A stretch of DNA of 64,000 nt from NCBI RefSeq assembly GCF_001194135.2, contig NC_068998.1:28277414-28341413 (forward strand), given 5' to 3'. Both the position numbers and the translations under genes were made by a program. This stretch comes from Octopus bimaculoides (taxonomy: Eukaryota). Shown here piece after piece: positions 48,430 to 60,700 of the stretch; within the stretch, counting starts at the first letter, position 1; each line of letters starts with the position of its first letter. The notes under the pieces were generated by a model that saw only the letters and a list, made by a program, of their open reading frames with translations, ran no database searches and had not been told where the DNA came from.

Positions 48430-50260
48430 CCTGCCACTGGGAGGGGGGATCGATAGAATACAGTCGCCGTATTCCCTGCGTGGCGTAAGAGGCGACTAAA
48501 AGGGACGGGAACGAAGGGATTGGGAATCCACTCCTCCAAGTAATTTCATATTCCTAAAAAGACAGCAAGAAAAAGATAAGGGGGTGGGAGAAGGTTAACA
48601 CCAAATCTCATCCTAGTACCATGATCATGGAATGTGCGTGGGTGTAGTACAAGTGAGGTAAAGAGGAGAGAGATAGGGAGTGTGATGATGAGTAGAAGGA
48701 TGGCTGTGCTGGCACTGAGCGAGACTAAGATGAAAGGAAAGGGAGAGTATCTGTTTGGGGATGTGACTGGACGAGTGTCGGGAATGGGAGTGGGGAGGGC
48801 ATTGCTGGTGAGTGAGCGCGTGAAGGAGAGTGTGGTGGAGTGGAGGGAAGCGTCTTCAAGGTTAGGGTTAGGGTTGAGATGAGGTGGGGAGGAGAGATGC
48901 GGGTGGTTTTTAATGCATATGGTCCAGGGAGTGAAAGGAGTGAGGAAGAAGGGGATAGGGTGAGGAAAAGTGGTTATGTGGTGGTGTTGGGTGATTTGAA
49001 TGCGCGAGTGAGAAATGAGGAAGTAGAAAATGTAATTGGTACATATGGAGTTCCTGGTCGGAATGAGAGAGGAAGGGGGTTGTTGCAAATGTGTATGGAG
49101 CAGGAGTTGGTGGTGGTGGTGGTGGGGAATATTCTTTTTAAATAAGGGAGAAGAATAATTTCACGTGGTGGAGGATGGAGGGAGGAACAGTAGTGGATAG
49201 GGCCTTGATGGATTATATGGTAATTGATAAGAGAGTGGTAGGAAGGTTGGTCGCTGTACATGCAATGAGAGGTGAAGGTGGAGGGGTGTCAGATCACTTC
49301 TTAGTACAGGGTGAGTTGAAGGTATGATCAGAATGGAATGCTAGACGAGTGACAGGGAGGAGAGAGGTTGTGAAGGTGAGTGAACTGAATAGGAGGGAGA
49401 AGGAGTAAGAGTATGTAGAGAAACTGAAAGGTGAATATGAACAGGTTAAGAAACGCGAGATAGGAGGTGTGGAGGAGGAGTGGGAGGCTTTTTGAGAGAC
49501 AGTAATGAGATGTGCCTCTGAAGTATGTGGGACACGAGAGGTTGGAATGGGTGTGAGGAAAGGTAGTGAGGGGTGGAATGAGCAGGTAAAGGATGCGTTG
49601 GCAGAGAAGAAAAGGGCCTTTGAAGAGTGGCTGCAGAAAAGGGATGGAGAGGCTTATGATCGCTACAGAGAAGTGAAGAGGGGAGTAAAGAGAGTGGTGA
49701 GGGTGGCGGAATGGGAGGCGAGAGAAAGGTTCGGGAAAAAGTTGAATGGAAATTTTGTAAGAAATAAAAAGATGTTTTGGAAAGAGGTACAAAGGGTAAG
49801 AAAGGTGGTTGGAGGAAGGGAAGAAAGGGTGGAGGATGTAAGTGGAAATCTGTTGAAAGGAAGTGAGGATGTACAAAGGAGGTGGGGAGAGTATTTTAGT
49901 GAGCTGTTAAATGTGGAGGATGTTAGGGAGGCAAGTATAGTGGTTGTAGGAGGAGAGAGGAGAATGCCTGTTGCTAGGGAACTGGAAGGGAAGAGTTGAA
50001 GGAATACAGCACTGGTGGCGGATTCGGAAGAGCAACTAAGGAGACTGGTGGTAGAGTTTGGAAAAGTGTGTGAGAAGAGGAAACTGAAAGTGAATGTAGC
50101 TAAGAGTAAGGTGATGAGATGTTCGAGAGATGGAATGGCTGATAGGATGGATGTGGGTATAAATGTTGAGATGTTAGAGGAGGTGAGTGTTTTTAAGTAT
50201 CTGGGATCCTAGGTGACGGCGGATGGCTGATGTTGCTTAAAGGGGTACGGAACTAGCATG
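48430..50260 (+). mobile_element. RTE LINE with 5' leader, APE domain and deleted RT core
   Basis: WNVRGCS...LALSETK, VVLGDLNARV, GWNEQVK, then a jump to TALVADSEEQL...LKVNVAKSKVM...FKYLGS. Confidence 0.85.
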
Positions 50261-51228
50261 ATGTGGCGGTGGTAAACCAGCGTATGCTGTCGGGCCTCGC
50301 TGCTGATATTGGAGGTTGTGTTCTATGCCTTGACCCGAGCATAGCTACCCCATCCTAAAAACATGGGGAATAGGCCTGTGTATATGTATATATGCATGTA
50401 TGTTTGGTGCTCCAGCTTCAATCCACTTAAATTGAGGATGTTTCGAGATGTTTGTGGTTTTCGTAAAATAAAAATTATATTACTTAAAATAATATAATTC
50501 CATCTGGAAACAATCAGGTTGAGTGTCTAAGAACATTAAAACTTGTTCTTTGCCCCAAAAACGCTACCAAAAAAAAAAAAAGAAGAAAAATCCCGGCCTT
50601 TTAGAACTGTTACATGGAATTATGTCCCTCTTTTGTACTGCGACTGACCAGACGACTCAAGTGTCTGTCGTAATTCCTGTCTATCCATCAAAGTCTTTGA
50701 AGCAATAGCCAAGGAGTTGGGGACTTGGTGCCTTTAATAGCTTTTGTATGCTGTTGATATGATTCACATTGCGGAAATTGCGGAGTATTTGTTAGAGAAG
50801 CTCCAAATCTGGAAAAATTGTCTAGAACAAAAAACTTAAACTCCTGACAATTAATAAAGCTCTAATTAATGACATAGATAAAGAAATCCCATTGTCGTCT
50901 GGGAAATGGCCTTCTTCATTGCAAGGAAGGTGTAGGTATGAATTCAATGTGTGTATTAAAGGTGGAAATGAATATATATATATATATACAAACTGTTATG
51001 TGATCTCTAGAACATCTGCAGTCCTAGTTCAGATGTGTTAAATATACAGTAAGAAGATATGTAATGAATTCGATCAATTGTTCAGATAGAAATCTCACTA
51101 AACATAGTTGATATTTGTTACCAAGAGGATTTAAATAGTTGTGGACGTAGCTATAATGAAAATATAGTTGTTAGGGATATTGAAAGATACGAGTTAGTTA
51201 GGATGCTATGTTCCCCGCCCTCTCTCTG

Positions 51229-51288
<60 letters not shown>

Positions 51289-52485
51289 GAAGTACGCCGT
51301 TGCATTTATCATTTAGCTTTAAAGAGAAGATCTTATCCTATTCTATCTCTATTTCTCGTAAATTTGCTTGTTTTATAATATAAACATATCTAGAGGGAGT
51401 TTTATCGTCTAATTATATGTTAATCTAATTTAATCGAAATATTTTAGCACTCTGTACTACATATGTGATACCCTACTGTTCTTGTATTTAATATGTAAAA
51501 CGCTCGTTTTACATTGCTCTAAATTACCTTATGATGACAAATGAAAATGTGAATTCATTTTTATATCTCTTCCGCTGAAGTACAAATTATTTTCATCCTA
51601 AAGGTACTTACAGTGTTAGTTCTGATATTAGTAGCTGTACTCAACAGAACAATTCGTTGGAAAAAGTAAATTATCCCTAATGAATAGATAATTTAGACAA
51701 TGTTGTGCAATCTATTTCAATCAACTGACTACTAATTAGATATAATGTCAAAATCAAATTACAATTTTAGAATGATAGGAGATGCGACAAAATCTTTCAA
51801 GTATTCCATGAAACTACTCTTGAAAATTCGACTAATTGTTGGGAATGTTCAAAACATCTGTACAAAATCAACATATTTAGTTAGACCGTCAAATTCACTC
51901 ATTCATTTGTGAGACTATAGCTAGTGATTGCACTGTTGAAATTAAACCTGTAACCATTATGCTGGTAGCCAATCAGACATCACTATCAAATCACAGTAGT
52001 TTCACGTAATCGGTCTATTATGCAACCAATCAGCGTCAAGCCATCGCGTGTTTCAGACTTCTAGAATTTTCTCGTCGTGCCCTATAAAACGGTGGATATT
52101 TGGTGGTAATTGCAGAATGTTGAGACAACCGTGTGTTGTGTCTCCATTCTTGCCACATCCAGCCGATCAAGACAGATGACAGATAGTATTCAGGAATTTT
52201 CGTCGCCACGAATGTAGTGCAATTATTTTCCAGTTGTGATGGCCACCCGCAGATTTTTGTATCAGTAAGCTTGTCGTAAGCGCCAAGCCGTATGTAATTA
52301 TTTGTAAAAGACCAACACAGTTTAACACTGTACAATAATAAAATCTGTTAATTGTTCACGGTGATGTCAGTTACTTTTTCACTCAGACCGAGAAATACAT
52401 TTTCATTCAGCAACTCAACCAGTCATCACCTCAAACTTAACAACAACAGCAACAGCAGCAGTATCAGCAGCAGCAGCATCGATGA

Positions 52486-52519
<34 letters not shown>

Positions 52520-52969
52520 AACAACAACAACAACAACAACAACGAATCTAGTTAAATTCATTCACAAAATCAGCCCCCGTTAATTTTGCTCAGATTGTTT
52601 TCAATTTTGGTGTATCGATGCAGTTCATCTCGTAAATTAAAGAATCTGATGCTATTTGGAATTAAATTTAGCTAATCAACAGACAGCGAGGCATTAACAG
52701 CTTGTTACCATGACAATCATACGTTGTGTTGTGTTTCACTTCATCCGCACGTTATGTTGTGCTGATTCTTCACACCACGCGATTCACTTCACCCGCGTGT
52801 TTTGTTTTAATAAAACTTTATATTTAAGAATTAGAATTTTATTGTAGATACTTTGCATCAATTATCTTAATATTTTACATATTTTTCATATATTTTTCAT
52901 ATATATTTTACATATATTTCGTGAAGTTTTCTGTGTTTACTTTTTTGTGCTTTTTTTTTGTTTTTATCC

Positions 52970-53170
52970 ACATTCAAGCCATTTAATTGCACCACTCTGA
53001 AGGAGATTTTGAAAACAGAGGTGGATGCAGTAAATTATTTGCAAGAAAAGAGTGTTATCCCTAAAAAAGAAGTGCAGTAATTCTAGGCAAAACACGAGTA
53101 AGAAAGTGGTTCGTGGGAATTTGTATTGGTGGTACACTCGCAATGGTTGAAACAAATGCCCGTCAGTTCA
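52970..53170 (+). mobile_element. Merlin (ISXO2-like) transposase fragment
   Basis: L.EILKTEVDAVNYLQEKSVIP and IGGTLAMVE (IGG.G.IVEIDES-like). Confidence 0.5.
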
Positions 53171-53229
53171 AACTCACGTCAGGCCAGAATGAGCCATTCT
53201 GTATTTTTTATTGAATATGTAGGACAACA

Positions 53230-53900
53230 TTATTTAATGTGTCCCATGCTGCTAATATATTCCAAAGATTTATCGACGAAGGCATCGTGGTTAAAATTTT
53301 GTTTTTTGCCTATATTGACGACTTGTTGATTGCTAACCCTACGGAAGAGCAGCATGAACAGCACTTAAAACAACTTTTTACTAGCTTGTCAGTTCGGTGT
53401 TATAATTAACCCCAGGTGTTTCTTGTATTACAATTTTAGGACATTTTATTGATAAAAATGGAATTTGTCTATTAAAGGTAAAGTTGATCTGCATCGCTAA
53501 GGAAGTTGCGAGAATTTCTCGATCTCATTAACTTCTATAGAAGATTTCTTCCTCACAGTACGGAAACCATATTTCCTCTAACAGAGTTGTTATATAATCA
53601 TAAAAATATGAAGCTATTTCTCTGAATGCAGCAGAATTGCAATCTTTCAATGGCATCAAAGAAAAGATAAGTAAAGTTACTCAGCCCATCCGGCACCAGA
53701 CGCTCCTCTATCATTGATAATAGACGCATCTGATGTTGAATTGGTGGAGGTGCTGCAACAATTTGTTCAAGATTCTTGGCAACTTTCTTTTTTTCTCAAG
53801 CGCTTCAAACCAGCAGAAACTTTCGGAAGAGAATTATTGCTCGCTTTTTCATCTGTGAATCATTTTCGACAGATGAAGTCTGCAAGTACACAGACGGTCT
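53230..53900 (+). mobile_element. Third Gypsy RT / RNase H fragment
   Basis: AANIFQRFIDE, AYIDDLLIA, LRKFLDLINFYRRF-like, IDASDV, FGRELL..FSSVNHFR. Confidence 0.8.
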
Positions 53901-54640
53901 CTTGATACTCAATTTATCACAGCAGTTTCTTTTTATGTGACACCAGAGACTACAAGTATAATAGGTTCTGTAACGAGCACTTGCCTCCAGACAAAAACCC
54001 GATTCTAGGCTAACGAGGAATTCTCTACTTCATTGTTTAGTCTCCTAGAAATAGCAGTCAAATAGAAAAGTAGGGCACATTGGATAATATCATTCTGCGT
54101 GCACTGAGCCGAAGTAAAATACAGGATGGTCATGGGTGGAATGACGTTGATCATAGGTTTGTTCGATCAGGGCTGATCTAGTGCTAAATTGCAACAACAG
54201 AAACACAACCCAGTTTCCCTAGGTATCTGTTTTGGTTGATTATCCTATCAGCTGGCACCTAATTCCGTGTCTCCCTTATCTCTCTCCTGGTTCGTAATAT
54301 TCAGCTGGGTTACATTAGCGATCAAAGAATCGATTAGCTACAATTCATCTACCTTAGGGCAACACAGATTAAAAAAAAATATCATTCATGATTTTAGAAC
54401 CAACATATTTGACGACTGAGTCTTTTGAAAACATATAGACAAAATAAATTGTAGCCGCAATATAGTGGAGTTTGTTGGTCCAGGGGTTGTTTATGCGTTA
54501 CGTCTGTTTGTCGTGTATATGTGTGTGTACTGAGCTGCAGTACTGGGTGGTGACTGTATAGAATATAGGCTGTATGAGTTGTGTTTTGGTGTTAGGTAGT
54601 GATTGTCCCTCATTGCGGTTCTGATGTCATAAATGAATAA

Positions 54641-56818
54641 CAATGGGCAATAAAACAATTTTTTTTTTGTCTGGTGCCTGGACTATTTCAACGAATTCTT
54701 AAATGATTTTGCCTGCTAAATTCAAATATAACTTCAGTTTTTCTCTATCAGGTCTACTCAGAAAATTAGACCTGATAGAGTAAGTATTTTATTCATGCAA
54801 GAGGCATATAATATGAATCAATGAAAAGGGCGTGACACAAAACAAAACAAAGTAAAAATAAAAATTCAAAATTGAAAATGCACATTGACAAAGATTTTTG
54901 GCAGAAATTTCAACCAATAAATTTACGCTTCTTTGTGCACCGTGAATGTTGAGCAGCAGGAGTATCTCGTTTTAAACACCAGCAGTAGTCTGCCATCATC
55001 ACGGCGTCCTAACGTCCTTGGTACCGAGTTTCCATCTTCTTCATGTCCTGATAGAATCGTTCGCCTTGTTCATCGCTGACATCTCCGAGATTTTCAGGAA
55101 AACGATCAAGATGACTAAAAAGATAATGCATTTTGATGCTCATATTCGCGCCAAAATCACGAAATGCTGATATCAAGTTGGTAACAAGGTTTTTATAGTT
55201 TTCACTTTTGTGTTTCCCAAGAAAATTTTGCACTACTTCTGCAAAGGCTAGCCAAGCTGATGCTTCATTTTCGCTAATCATTTCCACGAAAGTTATGTCC
55301 TTCAAGCGCTTACGGAGCTGTGGTCCATCCAAAATGCTTGCTTTAAGTTTTTCAATCGTCAAGTCTGGAAATACACTGCAGATATTCTTGAATCACTATC
55401 CATTTTTGTCAAGAACTTTGACAAATTGCTTGATCAATCTGAGTTTGATGTGCAAAGTGGGGAAAATGGTCTTAATCCGCTCAACTAAAGGTTCTTCCAA
55501 TATATTGGCAGCTCTACATGGAGCCATATTTGTTCGAGGCGGCCAGTCTTTCTTAACGTAGAGATTTACTCAGTCTTTACTGTTCCATATGCAAAGAAAG
55601 CATAGGCATTGGGTATGACCAGATTGCTGTCCCATGAGAAAATTCACCATCTTTAAGTCAATGCAGATGATCCATCTTTGACCATGATACAGTATCTTCT
55701 CTAAAACCAACTGAATTTCTTCATATTTTTCCTTCAGAGTTGTTGAGTGGCCGAGTGGGACAGAGCCATACACATTTCTGTTGTGCAACAATAAACATTT
55801 TAAACTACGCTTAGAGCTGTCTATGAAAAGACGCCATTCCTCTGGTTTGTATTCCTCAATGCCAAGTTAATTAAGAAGCCCACTGACATCTCTGCAGTAA
55901 ACCAACTCTTCCTCTTTTGTGAAGAAAGAAAGGAACTCTTCATGCCGACACCGATAAAAGGTTATGCAGACATCATTCTCTAGAAGATTCTTCTCTTTCA
56001 GCCGGGAAGCCAACAGTTCTGCAGAATCTTTTGTGGTTCAAATCACAAACTAGATCATTCAGTTCCACATGGGAGAATAGCTGCGATAAAGTCTCAACTG
56101 AAAAGTCTTGATCTCTAGTGTCATCGTCAGGTGATGAATATTTTTTGGTTGAGGATAAAGTTATCTGGGGCAAGACATTGAAGACAGGAACAGGAAACTC
56201 TTCACTGTGTGGAACCGGTTTAATAGCAGAAGCAAGATCAGGAGAGACAAGCGTTTGTCAATTTTTCCGGTTAATACCCTTCAAATTTAGGTTACAAAGA
56301 TAGCAGTCATCCACGTGATTACCATTGGTATAGCAAACCTGATACTTTTCCTTGTTCCTTTAATCCATTGTCGCAAATGCTCTGTACATTGTTTGCAGAT
56401 ACTATACGGTGCCCAATATCTATCTTGGTCTCCCAGCTTGGCTCCAAAATATGCCATGTACGCCCTTTCAATAAATCAGTGATGTTTATCCGATTTTCAG
56501 GTAATGTGTATTCTCCACAAACATAAAAGACATCTGGGGAATTAACACTTTCTTGAAGAGGACATCTTGCTCATTTTCTATTGCTTAGTTCTGTATAATA
56601 TCTACAAAGTATGGAAAAAGAAAAGAAACTTAGAATTAGAATAAGGTAACGAATACTGCGTACTGGACGTACACACATACATAGTGACTATAGGAATGTT
56701 CAATAACTTCAAACAAGACCTGATAGGTCAAAAAGAAGGTTATATTTGGATTCAGGAGACCGATTTTGTATAGGAATGGTGTCTATTTCCTAAACAGCAA
56801 AAACCTTGTAGACCAGTA
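54641..56818 (-). mobile_element. Chapaev3 (CMC superfamily) DNA transposon, both ends present
   Basis: TAA on both sides (54638-54640, 56819-56821); termini caatggg / tactgg (CACTGG-like); shared subterminal aaatataac...ctatcaggtct motif at both ends. Confidence 0.85.
55009..56574 (-). pseudogene. Chapaev3 transposase, frameshifted
   Basis: YVCGEY...AYFGAKLGDQD..WAP..ICKQC...DDCY.C; LFIDSSKRSLK.LLHN; IICIDLKMV...CFLC.W; HIKL.LIKQFVK.LDK; DGPQLR...MSIKMHYLFSHLD.FPENLGDVSDEQGERF.QD...ME.RYQGR. Confidence 0.9.
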
Positions 56819-57597
56819 TAATCGATGATTAACAGTATTTGTGTTTGGGCGTTCATTTTACAAAATCATACTAAATTGAGTATAATTTTACATTCTGTTT
56901 GACTGGGAATATGATACATACATTATTACAGCAGTTGAACAAATAACAGAATTTAAGAATTAACGCTTGAAAGAACATCTGGTCACTGCAACATACTAGT
57001 ATATAGTACCACAACGATTCATAAATTAGCGAGGACAGGTTAAGTTAAGGAAATAAAAACGACTTTTCATGAGATTTACCAACATAAGTGTGTGGTATCT
57101 TCAGCCGTTATTAATATTTGAAGATGACATAATCTCCTGTAGCTCTCTTTTTAATAAGATTTGCCGGACCTTTTTTTTATATACCATAGCAAAAAAAGTT
57201 CCGGAACATTGATCTAATTGGCTGACCCACAATCGCGTGAACTTAATGCCTTATATGGTAGCTGTCGTTCTAAACTGGAAAATAGAAATGCGATGGTTCA
57301 AAACACGATGTTATCTCGCTACAGTTTAAACTATGCTTTGTATGAGTTGTATTATAATGTTTGTGTTGCCTATGTATTGTGTAATCTGTGATATCTTATT
57401 GACAGGTGATCCTGCAGAATGTGTGATGTGTGGATTGTCAACTATTGTATTGAAAGTGTCTTCAGTTGGAATGTGTCCTGTGCCTAGCCTAGAGATAGGT
57501 ACTAGTACGTGTATGTGTATTTATGTATGTGTGTAAGTCTAGGTATGTATCTGCGATTGAGTAAGGGTACGTATGTACCCATGTGAACGTTAGTGTA

Positions 57598-57641
<44 letters not shown>

Positions 57642-57719
57642 CGTACGCAAGTGTGTGGGTGCCTTTGTGTATATATATACGTACGCGTGCGTGTTATGAG
57701 TTAATGACACATGCAACTT

Positions 57720-59700
57720 GGGTCAGGGTTTGATACGAACCCTGTCTCGTTCTCTTCCTTTTATTATTACTATTGTTAGAAAGGCGGCAAACTTTCTTGT
57801 GTGCGGGACAGGTAAATTGTTTATATCTGCTTTCAAGTCATTTAGGTTCCTGTTTATAATATTAAAGCTGTAGTTTATGACTAGCGTATTTATACCTATT
57901 ATCTTATTTCTAGCATTCGGCCAAGTTTTTAATATTAGTCTTCTATAGTATTCTTTCCAAATTTCATTTTTTATTTTCATGTGTTGTATTTTAGCTGTTT
58001 TATCTTTCCCTGGGCATTTGTATGGGTGATTATGATCTAATTCTCTAATTTCAGTGTCTATGTCTTGCATACTATTCTCAGCGCTGGTTATTTAGCCTCT
58101 TCTTAAAGTCGTTTCGGCGTATCTTTGCCTTTGATGAAACTATGGACGATTGCTATTCTTTACGAAGATTTTCAAGTCGTCCATATACAGGAGATAATTT
58201 ATATTTTGTCTATTGCACCTGTATTCTATGATGGCTTCATTTAGCAAGTTTGTTAGTGGGGTAAGAGCAAGGCAAAATAGTAGGGGGAGCTCGGAATATT
58301 ACAAGGCTGGTTTTGATAAATGTTTGTCCCTATTTTTCTATGTTACGACAGTTTTCCATTTTGTCATTGCATGGCTGATATACTCTAACAGTGTTGGGCC
58401 TACCTTATTTTTTGTGGAGTGACTCCTGTATCAACGAGTGTGGAATGCTGTCGAAAGCCATCTAGTATACAATCCATGCCATGCTGAGAATAATTTCGCT
58501 CCTTTTACAGTCTTCAATAATGGCCGTATTCTTCATTAACCATTCTTTGCAGCTATACATCCCTTTTCCGGCATCCTTTATGTCCTGCTAAAACATTGTT
58601 TTCCAAATGTGTAATTAGTCAGTTGTACATAATTGATGTGAGGGTTCTGTATCTTGTTGGAAGGCATGTTATAGGTATGTAATTTTGTGGGTATCCACTT
58701 TTATCTTTATTTTATATTTTGTTATTTGAATCTCTTTCATTTTCATATTGGATCCTTTTATATTTCACAGAGTAAGGATGGCTTTATTTTTCCAATTCTG
58801 CCTACTATATTATCTTTCCATTTTGGGTTTTGGGTTTCGTGGGGGTGGGTTACAGATTACCTGTTAGGGTCGAACCCACTTTCTCTTGATATTACTGCAG
58901 AATAGATCAAATTGTTCAGTATGTCACTATCCAGATGGTCTGATATCTTAAGCATGTATTCCCGCAGTGCTCTCTTATATTTATTTAATCTTTCATACAG
59001 CTGTTTAGTCCTTTGTAATTCGGGGAGTTGTTTAACTGATTCGTGTTTATTGATTTTGTGATGTCTTCTATTTTTTCATTACTTCAATCAGGTCATCCTC
59101 AATATCAATTATAATGGATCAGTCATGGAGTGCATTGTTATTCTGTTTGTTGTAGGATGTGGGGGTATATTGTTGTTGTATCTGTTTTGTTGTGTTTCTA
59201 CGTTTTCTGTCTTTTCTGTCTTTCGAGCTTTGTTTTTTCGGTTGTTTGATTTGTTGTGCTTTATTATTCATTTTTTGGGTGAACAGCTCTGTAGTAATAT
59301 TATATACGTTTTGGTTATCGTCTATTTATGCATGGTTGTCTCCTTTGTGTTCCATTTTTTTTACTTCGTAGGGTCTTATTATGCATTGGGAAAGGTAAGC
59401 CTTTAATTTTTGTTTGCTTGTAGCCCATTGGTTACTGTAGTTGAATCTTCTCTTCTGTTTTCAATGTGTATTCTGTCTATAAGTTTGTCTATTTCAATTT
59501 TGGGTAATTTAACCTAACGCAAAATAAACTTTCACCCGCATCCTAGTTTGCTTGCTGTTATATTTTTCTTTACAGCCTTATTATTTTTCTTCCACAGTTT
59601 ATATGTCTCTTTTATGATGCTTGTGTGTTTTGGGTAGAGTGTTGCTGTATAGAATGCAAATAACACTTCAATATAGTCATCATGTGTTCAGCGTTCTCTT
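57720..59700 (-). mobile_element. R4/Dong LINE, N-terminus and RT, decayed
   Basis: CKEWLMKNTAIIEDCK...LSMAWI.Y..AFDSIPH; RRLILKT..NARNKI.GINT...INYSF.IIN. Confidence 0.75.
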
Positions 59701-60489
59701 AATTTTGTTTTTCGTTTGGACGTTGACATTAGGAGACGGGTCGATCTGTTGAGTGTCAACTTTTTGAGAGGACACCTTCTCTGAATTTCTTGCATGAAAA
59801 TATCTTTCGCATTATAATTTTTTGATGCTCACAAACTGAAATTTGTCTCTGTATTTTTTGTTGATAGAGCAATCTCAGCTGTTTAGTATTGTTTTTGGCA
59901 GAGTTTCAGAACAGCTCATCCACATAAACTGGATTTTCTTCGTTTTTACGGGGATTTTAGAAATTTGTTTTTCACCGCATGTTTCAAATAATAGGAGAAA
60001 AAGAAAATAGAAAAATCTATGATCTTTTTAACTGCCCCTCCTCACGTCCCCAGGACCCTCACGACAGATTTTCCAAATTTTTTTTTTACAGTACGCACTT
60101 AAAAACAATGGAGAAAACCTTTAAAAAAATGAAAAAACTTCCGAAGTCATTGAAAATCCATCATTTTGGATCGTCGCCCCGCGCCTTCATTAGAGTGATC
60201 ACCATTACAATTCTTCCCCCACATTTTTTACACAAAATCAAACACGAAATCTTTTCTGTTGCTGTCACAATTTTCTATTAAAAAAAAAAATTGGTTCTAA
60301 TTGTTTTGAAATCTGGAAATGAAATTCATTTTCCCTTAAATTGATATAAAGGTAATAACTTTTAAAGTTAGCAAATTTTGGATAATTTTAGCCAATCGAA
60401 AGCCGCAAATACATTGGTACCTGCTTCCATAGTAACAAGCCAAGTTGTCTGCTTAAAAATACAACCACGCGTATATTTTCACTATCTCT

Positions 60490-60700
60490 TTTCTTTGACG
60501 AGGATGCGACGAATGTGTATCTGTCAGAAAAGATACATGGCTGGAAGGTGGTATCTTTCCTCTTAGGACTGTACTATTTTTCCTTGACTTCAGTCCGTTT
60601 TGTGTTGAAGAACTTGGGATGAGCTACTGCACAACTTGATTACAACAGTTATGTTCGTGAAATATGTGCGGAGGACCTGTCTGTGTGAATATTTTTTGGG
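60490..60700 (+). mobile_element. Merlin transposase fragment
   Basis: SVRKDTWLEG, FCVEELGMS and DYNSYVREICAEDL. Confidence 0.65.

Larger units (their letters stand above)
54450..56862. mobile_element. Solo LTR (about 230 bp) split by a Chapaev3 insertion
   Basis: Ends TGTA (54450) and TACA (56862); AAAT TSD at 54446-54449 and 56863-56866. Confidence 0.65.

Noticed and set aside
48860-48880. (TTAGGG)2 as interstitial telomere
   Set aside because: Only two units, inside degenerate RTE coding sequence (VRVRV).
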